The translations under genes were made by a program, and so were the position numbers. Below the pieces are notes generated by a model. The model was not told where the DNA came from. It searched no databases and worked only from the letters and a program-made list of their open reading frames with translations. This document shows, in pieces, positions 1-8,667 of a stretch of DNA of 64,000 bases. Each line of letters starts with the position of its first letter. The first letter of the stretch is position 1. The stretch comes from an uncultured virus (IMG/VR IMGVR_UViG_3300007900_000103) (lineage: Duplodnaviria; Heunggongvirae; Uroviricota; Caudoviricetes): the IMG/VR virus record IMGVR_UViG_3300007900_000103. One strand, written 5' to 3'.

Positions 1-4
1 AGCT

Positions 5-226
5 ATGGACGATAACCAGCGCCTAGAGGACGCAATGCGTCAAATACAGGCCACTACCAGCGATAAGGCGGTTCAGAGCATCACAGACGAAGCATTGTGT
101 TTTATCACAGAGCAGGAGGAACCGACTGTATGCTTTATCTGCGGCGAAGCACTGGACACAATGGGGCGCTGCAACTATCACAGTCTGCCTGTAGCAGCCA
201 CAGATCAGGTAGAGAATGATGAGTAA
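5..226 (+). CDS. hypothetical protein with CxxC...C motif
   Basis: 73 aa ORF, CFICG..GRC; overlaps next ORF as in a coupled operon. Confidence 0.55.
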   Translation: MDDNQRLEDAMRQIQATTSDKAVQSITDEALCFITEQEEPTVCFICGEALDTMGRCNYHSLPVAATDQVENDE

Positions 227-518
227 CGCATCGTATTGGCGGCAAGAGTGTCACGTTGCCCGCGCCGAAATCGAACGCCTACGTGCAATCATCGCGAAAT
301 GGTATGACTACTGGCCTGAGCCGTGGGGTGAGGGCCGTGATGGTTTTGAAATGCAGGAGTTTGGCGAGAAACACGGCATCCTGATAGGCGAGGACCGCAC
401 CACGCCATGTGGTGAAAGCTGCAACTGCTCGGAGTTTTTTGGTGATGACGAGATTGTTACGTGCTATCGGGTCAAGCCGGAATACTTGGAAGCACTCAAG
501 GAACAGAGCAATGACTGA
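216..518 (+). CDS. hypothetical protein
   Basis: 100 aa ORF chained by short overlaps; PCGESCNC motif. Confidence 0.6.
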   Translation: MMSNASYWRQECHVARAEIERLRAIIAKWYDYWPEPWGEGRDGFEMQEFGEKHGILIGEDRTTPCGESCNCSEFFGDDEIVTCYRVKPEYLEALKEQSND

Positions 519-864
519 CCCTAAAGTATTAGCAGATGCACTGGTAGAGGCGGGGATAGGCTTTATTTGCCAATACCCGGATGATGACTTATCTGAATAT
601 AGATACCAATTGCCAAATGAGAGCAGGTGGTGGACAGCAGACAAGTTCATCACCGACTGGCGCGTAGCGGGGAAGGTGTTGGAGTCGATGACATGGGCAG
701 AACTGCGCGAATTGATGTTTGACAAACTACTAATGCACCGTGGCGGGGTTACAGAAGCCCACGACAAGATTACCTGCCGAGCCATCATCGAAGCATGGTA
801 TGAGGCCACAGAGCAGGGAGAGAGTGATGAACGATCAAGACACCATCAAGGCGATTGTCGATAG
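511..864 (+). CDS. hypothetical protein
   Basis: ATG at 511 overlapping upstream stop; part of ORF-track 409..864. Confidence 0.55.
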   Translation: MTDPKVLADALVEAGIGFICQYPDDDLSEYRYQLPNESRWWTADKFITDWRVAGKVLESMTWAELRELMFDKLLMHRGGVTEAHDKITCRAIIEAWYEATEQGESDERSRHHQGDCR

Positions 865-876
865 CGGGGTGCTGGC

Positions 877-1083
877 ATGACTGGAGACAACAACGTACAG
901 CCCATGGACTCGAAGACATTCCTCGCAGTTGAGCAGTGTCTATACAGACTGAAGCGCTGTGTACGGCTCAGTCCTGATGGCACATACAAGCCAGAGGCAG
1001 AGCGCAAGATGACACGTGAAGAGTTCTGTGCATGGGTGCAGAGAGAGCTACTGGCAGAGGACAAGAAGCGGAACGATGGATGA
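877..1083 (+). CDS. hypothetical protein
   Basis: 68 aa ORF, overlaps next start. Confidence 0.5.
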   Translation: MTGDNNVQPMDSKTFLAVEQCLYRLKRCVRLSPDGTYKPEAERKMTREEFCAWVQRELLAEDKKRNDG

Positions 1084-1270
1084 CTACAGGGACATGGACG
1101 AGAGCCAACGCAAGCAAGAGCTGACCGAGATCAAGGAGATGGTCGAGCAGCTGCGCAGTGACAACAAGTGGCCTGAGAAACTACCATCACGAGAGCTGAT
1201 GAACATCAGGCTGGGTCACATCATCGAGAAGTGCGGTGCAGCCATACACAGAGGGCCTAACACTGAGTGA
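1076..1270 (+). CDS. hypothetical protein
   Basis: ATG at 1076 overlapping previous stop; MDDYRDMDE... Confidence 0.5.
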   Translation: MDDYRDMDESQRKQELTEIKEMVEQLRSDNKWPEKLPSRELMNIRLGHIIEKCGAAIHRGPNTE

Positions 1271-1294
1271 TACAAACTTCACACTCAGTGCTAA
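1257..1294. promoter_or_regulatory. 38-bp tandem operator-like element, copy 1
   Basis: CTAACAC-TGA-GTGATAC aaac TTCACAC-TCA-GTGCTAA; two 17-bp semi-palindromes 21 bp apart. Confidence 0.7.
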
Positions 1295-1307
1295 GAATGT
1301 AGGTGCG

Positions 1308-1562
1308 ATGTTAGAAGGTCGGGAGAGAGCGGCTTGCAACAGGTTGGGAGCCAGTCATACTTCAGTCATGAGCGCGTACGATGCGAAGAGGGGGCGAATC
1401 AACCTGTACGAGATGTTGCCAGAGCAAGGCGATATACTCGTGGTACAGAACTGTGGTGACCACTTCTCGATCCAGCACTACAACGTGTACGCGACACCAC
1501 CGCTCTTCCTCACTGACGAAGAGATTGAGAAACTAAGGCAGGGGCAAATAGTATGGAACTGA
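1308..1562 (+). CDS. hypothetical protein
   Basis: ATG 1308 just after operator element, AGGTG upstream; in frame with ORF-track 1236..1562. Confidence 0.5.
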   Translation: MLEGRERAACNRLGASHTSVMSAYDAKRGRINLYEMLPEQGDILVVQNCGDHFSIQHYNVYATPPLFLTDEEIEKLRQGQIVWN

Positions 1563-1571
1563 GGGACGACT

Positions 1572-1715
1572 ATGAACTCATCTGACACACCAGAGCACGA
1601 CACACCATTCCGCGCCCAGCAGCGTGCCAAGCTGGATAAGCTCAAAGGCAAGCAGGCTGAGGCAGCACCCACCAAGAAGAAAGCCAAGAAGAAGGTCAGT
1701 AAGAAGACTGGCTGA
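1572..1715 (+). CDS. small Lys-rich hypothetical protein (47 aa)
   Basis: GAGGG RBS; MNSSDTPEH...TKKKAKKKVSKKTG; below ORF-track cutoff. Confidence 0.55.
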   Translation: MNSSDTPEHDTPFRAQQRAKLDKLKGKQAEAAPTKKKAKKKVSKKTG

Positions 1716-1753
1716 TTAGCACTTAGTGGTATAAACTTCACATATTCTGATGT
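1716..1753. promoter_or_regulatory. 38-bp tandem operator-like element, copy 2
   Basis: TTAGCAC-TTA-GTGGTAT aaac TTCACAT-ATT-CTGATGT, intergenic. Confidence 0.6.
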
Positions 1754-1823
1754 CCCTGCCAATGGGTGGCGACTCAACACAGGGGCAGCTTGATCGCTGC
1801 CCTATCTGTATTGGGAACAGTCA

Positions 1824-2426
1824 TTGGCATATTCTGGACAACGCAAGATCGCATTCGACACAGGGTTCAACGATGCCCTGTTCGGTCGAGATCGCGAGAA
1901 TCCCTACGACCAGTCAGTGGTCGGTGGCTCGTGGCAAGCCTATGAAGAGGGCTACGAGTCAGGTCTGCTATCAGACGTGCCGCCACGAGGACCACAGGGC
2001 GAGCAGGGAGACACTGGACCAGCAGGTCCTTCCGGTATCAATGGTGCAGCTGGCAATGATGGTGCTGATGGCAACTTTCATTACGTTGGCAACGGTGCTC
2101 CGAGTGCTGGTCTGGGCAATGACGGTGACATCTACACTGACGCAGACAACGGTGACATCTACGAGAAGGTCACCGGGTCGTGGAGTCTGCAAGGGAGTCC
2201 GGGCAGCATGGCACTGACCACACGTAGCGACACGATTGATCCAACCGTATTCCCAGAGGTCACCTATCGTGGTGACGCTCTTCCGGGTGTGGCTACCGCA
2301 TCAGCAGCGTGGCGTGTACAGCGCATGACTATGCAGTCCGATGGTGACATCGAGATAGTCTTCGCTGATGGCAACGACAACTTCGACAACATCTGGGACA
2401 ACCGACTGTCCCTCAGCTACTCATAG
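1824..2426 (+). CDS. collagen-like (G-X-Y) repeat protein, possibly virion-associated
   Basis: GPQGEQGDTGPAGPSGINGAAGNDGADG, GDIY repeats, C-terminal AAWRVQR...FDNIWDNRLSLSYS; TTG start. Confidence 0.75.
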   Translation: MAYSGQRKIAFDTGFNDALFGRDRENPYDQSVVGGSWQAYEEGYESGLLSDVPPRGPQGEQGDTGPAGPSGINGAAGNDGADGNFHYVGNGAPSAGLGNDGDIYTDADNGDIYEKVTGSWSLQGSPGSMALTTRSDTIDPTVFPEVTYRGDALPGVATASAAWRVQRMTMQSDGDIEIVFADGNDNFDNIWDNRLSLSYS

Positions 2427-2435
2427 GACAAGCAC

Positions 2436-2639
2436 ATGGCACATGATCAGAACGTATTCAAGATAGAGGTGCAGGCACTCGATCCAACCTACGGCTACCA
2501 GCTGACTGGGTTGATGATTGTTGCTGGTGAGCGCACGGAGATCAACGAGCACTACCCACTTGAGAGTGAGGTGGCAGCTCGCTTGCAGTCAGGCTGGGCA
2601 GCATGGGCAGCGCTGGTTGATTCGGAGCCAACACCATGA
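2436..2639 (+). CDS. hypothetical protein
   Basis: AGGA RBS, 67 aa, ATGA overlap with next. Confidence 0.6.
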   Translation: MAHDQNVFKIEVQALDPTYGYQLTGLMIVAGERTEINEHYPLESEVAARLQSGWAAWAALVDSEPTP

Positions 2640-2842
2640 GCAACATGAGCAGGGGGCGCAAGCCACTAAGTCAGCAGAATCTTCGTAATCCAAAGAATAG
2701 GATCAAGAAGAAGGAAGGCGAGAAGCTCATGCAGAAGCACGAGATGAAGGAGAAGTTGCTGCCGATGAAGAAGCACAAGGACATCAAGAAGAAGCTACCG
2801 AAGCGTAAGGCAGGATCAATACCGAGGACATACACAGCATGA
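2636..2842 (+). CDS. small Lys-rich hypothetical protein
   Basis: 68 aa, ATGA overlaps on both sides. Confidence 0.55.
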   Translation: MSNMSRGRKPLSQQNLRNPKNRIKKKEGEKLMQKHEMKEKLLPMKKHKDIKKKLPKRKAGSIPRTYTA

Positions 2843-2991
2843 GTGACGGACCAAGCAGTCAACGCAGGACCAAAGAGATGCCTGAGCCAGAGAAGGCGAA
2901 GACCAAACCCAAGCGCATCACTACCAAGAACCCACCGGGTGGACCGCACACACCGGGCGCTAAGGAAGAGGCTAAGAAGCCGAAAAAATGA
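2839..2991 (+). CDS. small Lys/Pro-rich hypothetical protein (50 aa)
   Basis: MSDGPSSQRR...EEAKKPKK; ATGA overlaps with both neighbours. Confidence 0.55.
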   Translation: MSDGPSSQRRTKEMPEPEKAKTKPKRITTKNPPGGPHTPGAKEEAKKPKK

Positions 2992-3389
2992 TCACGGTTG
3001 TCGCACGATGGGAGAGCACACAGATGCCACCTGATGTTGAGTACCAGCATTACAGGCAGCTGCGAGGATCGTTCGGTGTCGATCGGTTCATCTTCACCCC
3101 TGTGGTGGAGTGTTCATTCAACGTCGAGCAGTACGACAACATGATGACGGCATTACTCAAGGCAGGCGACGGCAAGCGTGTCTTCCTTGAACCAACTGGC
3201 TACAACTCGATCAGTGACCAACCAGAGGGCGACATCGTGTATGTCATTGGCAACACGGCTCAGCACAACATGGAGCACGCGAGGGTCAGTCAGACGTACA
3301 CCATCGCAACGCCAGCAGGACCAAACAGTGGTCACCTGTATGGCAGCAACGCACTGGCTATCGCATTAGCCATCAGGTGGGGTCAGTAA
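2988..3389 (+). CDS. minimal SPOUT (SpoU/TrmL-like) RNA methyltransferase homolog
   Basis: Motif order MPP..R.L.GSFGVDRFIF / DIVYVIGN / TIATP..SGHLYGSNALAIALA.RWGQ parallels TrmL/TrmH motifs 1-3; diverged. Confidence 0.6.
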   Translation: MITVVARWESTQMPPDVEYQHYRQLRGSFGVDRFIFTPVVECSFNVEQYDNMMTALLKAGDGKRVFLEPTGYNSISDQPEGDIVYVIGNTAQHNMEHARVSQTYTIATPAGPNSGHLYGSNALAIALAIRWGQ

Positions 3390-3390
3390 C

Positions 3391-5499
3391 ATGGCGCTCA
3401 CTGACAACAGAACTCAACTGCAAGACTGTGAAGCGGTCGGTGATGTGGCTAGTGATAGCACCGCTGACCCGCAGTCGAACACGAGTGAGGCTGGTGTTGT
3501 CATCCAAGGCACTAATGCGTTGCAGTTTCAGGTCACCAACGCACAGGAGTACCTAGCCTACGATCAGGACACTGCTGGTGCGACGTTCAACCTCGACCTG
3601 TCTGACTCCACTGTGTACGTGATGATCAAGGACAACCTGCATGACTCGTTCGCCAACCTCGGTGGACAGATCACGCTGGATGACACAGCTGATGGCACGA
3701 GCACCACGACCATTGGCTACGCAGTGGCTGGCTATGATGTCATTGGCCTGCCGTACGAGAAGAAGTACTCAGCCATGAAGCTGGACGTGTCAGTGATCGT
3801 GGCATCACCGGGCGTGAGTGGCACTGACTTCTTCCAGCACAACGGCACTGAAGCCAACCTCGACCAGACCATCATCAAGCAGGTGGGCTACGGCTCGATC
3901 CATCTGATTAAGGGACAGGGCACGATCCCGAACACCTTCTTCGATGGCATCTACTACATTGCCAACGACAGCTATGCTGCGACCATCTCAGGAGGCACGA
4001 GTGGCACGCCTGAGACGATGACTGACTTGGTGGGTGATGACATCACAGTCGGTGCAGGCATGTTCTCCAATCCTATTGGTGCGTCCTACTACATCTTCGT
4101 ACCTACTGAGTGGGGTGATGCTGGCACGGCAACCACGGCATTCGCAGGCACTGATGAGCAGTGGTTCTACCTTGGCGACAATGGTGGTGGACATGCAGTC
4201 GGTGCGACTCACTTCCCCATGCGGCTGATTGGCAATGCCACTGGCACGAACATCTTCAGGCAGACACGTGTCTCGAACATCAACGTGGGTACACGCTCAC
4301 AGTTCGACATGTCGGATGCCAACTTCGATGAGGTCACGCTGGAAGGCACCACGTGGGTGGACTTTGGCACGCTCACCTTCCCCGGTGTGGATGTAGACAA
4401 GAACTGTGACGTAGCCATCTTCAACAACTGCGATCAGGTTATCCCCAACGGCATGAACATGAGCGACCTGACGTTCAACGGGGCGAACGATGCCAACGGT
4501 GCGATGCTGCTGGATACGTCAGGTGACTCGAACAACATCGTTGGCGCACAGTTCAACTCGGATGGTACGGGTCATGCTATCGAGATCACCGTGGCTGGCA
4601 CCTATGACTTCGATGCTTTCTTCTACAGTGGCTATGGTGCTGACGGCACGACTGATGCAGCTGTGTACATCAGTGCCAACGTCGCAGTGACGCTCAACAT
4701 TCAAAACAACGGTGACACACCAACAGTCAGGCACTCAGGCACAGCGCCCACAATCAACAACGCAGTGACCGTAGCAGTCGATGGTGTAGCAGAGGGCACA
4801 GCGTGCAAGGTCATTGCCAATGAGACAGCAGGCACGATCACAGCAGGTGACGTGATCTTCGAGCTGCTGGCTGACTCCACTGGCACAGCACAGATCACGG
4901 ACTTCAACTACGAGGGTGCGTTCGGTGCTGGCTTGGATGTGTTGATCAGGGCACGTAATCAGGGCTTCCCGACCGCAGCTGTCGCAGATGATGGTGGCGT
5001 GCAGACGGACGAGACAACGAACGCGAACAGCCCATCAACGAATGACATGACACTCACGCCAACAACACCAGTTGTGGGTGATGCGTACTACTTCGGGCAC
5101 AACGAAGAATTTAGCCAGCTCAAGGTGTGGGTGACCACAGCTGGGGCGCAACAGACAATCACGTGGGAATACTGGAACGGTGCATGGGTTGCTTTGTCAG
5201 GGGTGACTGACGGCACGAGCAGCTTCACGACGACAGGCGACAACATCGTCTCGTGGACCGCACCCGGTGACTGGGCCGATACCACGGTGAACTCTCAGGG
5301 TCCATTCAAATATGTGCGTGCAAGGGTGTCCGCTATTGGCGGCGCACCGACTGGCGCATTGGGCAGGCAGTGTCAGCTGGACGTGACACGCTACCTCCCC
5401 ATACCACCCAGCGGCAATCTTGTCCGCACCATTACATCAGCAGGTCTCACCGCTACGCTCGCGCAAGCCGTGGACTCCATCTCAGACCCTTTCGGTTAA
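3391..5499 (+). CDS. large acidic Gly/Thr/Asp-rich protein, probable virion/fibre component
   Basis: 702 aa, beta-rich composition, ITWEYWNGAWVAL motif, possible beta-helix-like stretch. Confidence 0.7.
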   Translation: MALTDNRTQLQDCEAVGDVASDSTADPQSNTSEAGVVIQGTNALQFQVTNAQEYLAYDQDTAGATFNLDLSDSTVYVMIKDNLHDSFANLGGQITLDDTADGTSTTTIGYAVAGYDVIGLPYEKKYSAMKLDVSVIVASPGVSGTDFFQHNGTEANLDQTIIKQVGYGSIHLIKGQGTIPNTFFDGIYYIANDSYAATISGGTSGTPETMTDLVGDDITVGAGMFSNPIGASYYIFVPTEWGDAGTATTAFAGTDEQWFYLGDNGGGHAVGATHFPMRLIGNATGTNIFRQTRVSNINVGTRSQFDMSDANFDEVTLEGTTWVDFGTLTFPGVDVDKNCDVAIFNNCDQVIPNGMNMSDLTFNGANDANGAMLLDTSGDSNNIVGAQFNSDGTGHAIEITVAGTYDFDAFFYSGYGADGTTDAAVYISANVAVTLNIQNNGDTPTVRHSGTAPTINNAVTVAVDGVAEGTACKVIANETAGTITAGDVIFELLADSTGTAQITDFNYEGAFGAGLDVLIRARNQGFPTAAVADDGGVQTDETTNANSPSTNDMTLTPTTPVVGDAYYFGHNEEFSQLKVWVTTAGAQQTITWEYWNGAWVALSGVTDGTSSFTTTGDNIVSWTAPGDWADTTVNSQGPFKYVRARVSAIGGAPTGALGRQCQLDVTRYLPIPPSGNLVRTITSAGLTATLAQAVDSISDPFG

Positions 5500-5511
5500 G
5501 GAGCAAGTAAA

Positions 5512-8043
5512 ATGACAACACTCTCAATCTTAGGTGGGGATTTTGAAATCCTCTTCGCAGATGAGGTGGTGGGTTCAGGCACTACAGGAATGAGAATGAT
5601 CAGGCGAGCATCCGGCGCTTCTGCCACCGTCTACACCACTCTCGCCCTGTACTCGGATGTAGCAGCCAATGCTGATGCGTTCCAAGCCATGGGCTTCACC
5701 AACCCCATGCTACCAACGACTCCAAACGAGTTTACGTTGGAGAACCAGTACTTCATTCCACGCTCATCGACTGAGTGGCTGAAGGAAGGCACCATCAAGG
5801 CGAACTGGTCATACACCAATGACCCGGACACTGACGGTCATGGCGTAGTCCGTGTGCCATACACAGGCGGCACCAACTTCGTGTCCGGTGACATCGGCAG
5901 GAAGGTAGTGCAGGGCGGCACAGACAGTGGCACCTTGCTCGACTTCGAGACTGAGCCTGATGGCACGACAGTCGCGTGGATCAGGCCAGACGACAGTGAC
6001 CCGACAACGGGTGACCTGTTCGATGGTACTGGCGCACTGGTTGTCACGGGTGGCTCAGGCTCAACCACGTCATCGACGGCAGGCACGATTGGTCAGACGC
6101 AGTACACTGCGTTTCAGGCGATCGGTAGTGTCCCGACCAGCACCGAGGTCTACATCTACCAGAACCGCATCAAGATCACGGACAGCACTGGTGGATTCCA
6201 GTGGTGGACCACTGATACGACCGTATCTCTGGGCATCATCTCTGTACTGCTGAGAACGCAGCAGGGTGGTGAGCTGGTCGCCAAGGGTGACGTTGAGGTC
6301 TTCTCACGTCGCTACACCTCGCTGTACGACAACTTCCGACTGAACGTATCGGCTGGTGGCTTTGCTGCTCTGCCGCTCGCATCGGCAGCTGACATCAACA
6401 ACACGACCGGCTACCAGACCATGACAGGTTCGGCAGGCTCAGGCACCTTCACTACTGGTGAGGCAACTGAAGCAGTGTCAGGCGCAACCATTGTCATCAC
6501 GGCAGTGGGCGGCACGGTGAGTGTCCCGATCCTTGAGTACTACCTTGTTGGTGACCTGACTGATCTATTCAGCTCAGGCGCACAGACACTGACTCAGGGC
6601 GGCGCAAGTTGTACTACGGCAGCGCCAACGGCTAACCCCGGTGGTCCGACCGAGACAGGTGCAGGCAACGGTGCCACAGTGACGATCTCCGCAGGTGACG
6701 CTAACGCTGACCATGATGGCAACGGCACCAATGAAGCCTACGCTGGCACGGTCGATGCACAAGGTCCGGGTGCCAATGGTGTCCCGGTAGCCACGGTGTA
6801 CGAGGTCATCAAGTACAGGTGCTCGCGTGGACAGACCACAGACCTGTTCACTGGCATGAACCAGCCGGGTGAGTCGTATCGAGGTGCTGAGTCAACGGTC
6901 TACGTTGATACCCCGGTGAACACCATGGGTGAGACGGATGATGTGTCTTCAGGCACTGGTGACTGGACAGCGCGACTGATGAGTTCGCACACGACCACAG
7001 TCGAGCAGGATGTGAGTCAGGCGTTCATCGTAGTGACTGACCAGCAGACTTCGGTTGACGTGATCCTCGACGGTTACACCATCAGTGATGAGACCACAGG
7101 ATCAGTCGATGTGGATACTGCTGGTGCAGGTGGTGCGATCCTTCCACTGGGTTCACCGAAGTCTTCACCGTTCGGCACGTTCACTGGTTCACAGCTCTTC
7201 GGAGCACCAGCGATCCTGTTCACTGGTCAGGCTGATGCCGACACACAGGCATACACACTGACTGATGCCGTAGGACAGTTGCGAGTTAGCCCGAACACCG
7301 TGACCTATCAGGTCAACAACACCGTCTCAGGTGACGTGGTGTACGCAGCTCGTGATACTGGCACACCGGGTGTCATCGACAAGGACAAGTACGGTGGACT
7401 GGCAGCACCAGCAGCTGGCTACAACCAGATCGGTGACTACTTCCTGAGAGTGGCTGGCAACATCTCGACCGATCCTGAAATCCCTGACGTTGCATGGGTG
7501 AGGGTCATCGAGAACACGCTGCTTCAGGAGCATCACTACGTGTACGACGCACTGGACAACACCAACGAAGAGTTCGACCTGCGTGGTCCGTTCACTGGTG
7601 GCACAGCGACAGTTGGCACGTCCGACACAGTGCTGGAGGACACGTCAGGTGACTTCGTGAACGAGAGCGCAGAGATCGGCATGTTGATCTACGTGGCTGG
7701 CAGAACCTCAACCTACGAGGTGACAGCAGTGACTGATCTGGACACGCTTCAGATTCAGCTCATCTACGGTGCTGGTGGGTTCGTATCCACGGATGCCTAC
7801 ACGCTGAACGCGCTGATCCAGACGTACGCTGCGACCGATGACATCCACGACTTGATCCTTGACCGGGTAGCTGATGGCACGTCTGTCAGCAACACGTTCA
7901 TCAAGACGCTGGCAGCGGACTTCACAACGGTCTGTAACGTGAGGAACGGCAAGAACATCCTGCCATTCACCATCAACCAGAACGTCAACGACAGCGGCGC
8001 GAGCATCACGACTGTACGTCAGCCGGATACCATCGCCGTATAA
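5512..8043 (+). CDS. large acidic Gly/Thr-rich protein, probable virion component
   Basis: 843 aa, AAGGAG RBS; shares FQ[AS]MGF and DTS[GA]DF motifs with 8667..10145. Confidence 0.7.
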   Translation: MTTLSILGGDFEILFADEVVGSGTTGMRMIRRASGASATVYTTLALYSDVAANADAFQAMGFTNPMLPTTPNEFTLENQYFIPRSSTEWLKEGTIKANWSYTNDPDTDGHGVVRVPYTGGTNFVSGDIGRKVVQGGTDSGTLLDFETEPDGTTVAWIRPDDSDPTTGDLFDGTGALVVTGGSGSTTSSTAGTIGQTQYTAFQAIGSVPTSTEVYIYQNRIKITDSTGGFQWWTTDTTVSLGIISVLLRTQQGGELVAKGDVEVFSRRYTSLYDNFRLNVSAGGFAALPLASAADINNTTGYQTMTGSAGSGTFTTGEATEAVSGATIVITAVGGTVSVPILEYYLVGDLTDLFSSGAQTLTQGGASCTTAAPTANPGGPTETGAGNGATVTISAGDANADHDGNGTNEAYAGTVDAQGPGANGVPVATVYEVIKYRCSRGQTTDLFTGMNQPGESYRGAESTVYVDTPVNTMGETDDVSSGTGDWTARLMSSHTTTVEQDVSQAFIVVTDQQTSVDVILDGYTISDETTGSVDVDTAGAGGAILPLGSPKSSPFGTFTGSQLFGAPAILFTGQADADTQAYTLTDAVGQLRVSPNTVTYQVNNTVSGDVVYAARDTGTPGVIDKDKYGGLAAPAAGYNQIGDYFLRVAGNISTDPEIPDVAWVRVIENTLLQEHHYVYDALDNTNEEFDLRGPFTGGTATVGTSDTVLEDTSGDFVNESAEIGMLIYVAGRTSTYEVTAVTDLDTLQIQLIYGAGGFVSTDAYTLNALIQTYAATDDIHDLILDRVADGTSVSNTFIKTLAADFTTVCNVRNGKNILPFTINQNVNDSGASITTVRQPDTIAV

Positions 8044-8055
8044 CAGGAGGAAATC

Positions 8056-8667
8056 ATGGCAGGAAGTAGCAGCAATATCGGACAAACAGGGGTGGAGTCC
8101 ATACGACTGAATGGATGTAAGGTCGAGGACTTACCGATCGCTGAAGCCGCACGTGTGCAGCCCCAGATAGCACTGGCGCATGACACGGAGCGGAAGAACA
8201 AGATTGCTGGTGTCCTGAAGAAGTATCCGACCCAACGGGTGGACTACCTTGAGGGTCGGATACGTGAGGCGAAGAAGAATCAGGAGAGCATGGCTAATCT
8301 GGCTCTTGCTGAGCAGCAACGCATCATGGAGTACCAAGGTCACATCGAGATGTGCAAGCACCGTGATCGTGAGATCGCACGCTTGCAGGCTGATACGGCG
8401 CTGGTGGGTTCGTATCCACAGACAGCTACTCTAACGCTGTTACAAGAAGATGCTGACGCAGCCATCAAAGCCCTGAAGATTCAGTTCCCGTATGTGATCG
8501 ACAGGCTGGAGGCACAGATCGAGATCAGTCAAGCGTCGATCGAGCGCTTCAACAAAGTGGTACAGCGTGAGTCGCATGACATTGATGAGATGGGTCAGGT
8601 GCTCGGACTGTGCAAGCAGCGTGACCTTGAGCTACGCAACCTCGGAGCGCGTCAAGCAACAGGCTAA
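8056..8667 (+). CDS. coiled-coil hypothetical protein
   Basis: AGGAGG RBS, 203 aa helical heptad-like composition. Confidence 0.7.
   Translation: MAGSSSNIGQTGVESIRLNGCKVEDLPIAEAARVQPQIALAHDTERKNKIAGVLKKYPTQRVDYLEGRIREAKKNQESMANLALAEQQRIMEYQGHIEMCKHRDREIARLQADTALVGSYPQTATLTLLQEDADAAIKALKIQFPYVIDRLEAQIEISQASIERFNKVVQRESHDIDEMGQVLGLCKQRDLELRNLGARQATG

Noticed and set aside
1257..1294. Tandem repeats as a mini-CRISPR array or CRP sites
   Set aside because: Units are 17 bp with 4-bp gaps and no spacers; the orientation TCACA-N-TGTGA is the reverse of the CRP consensus
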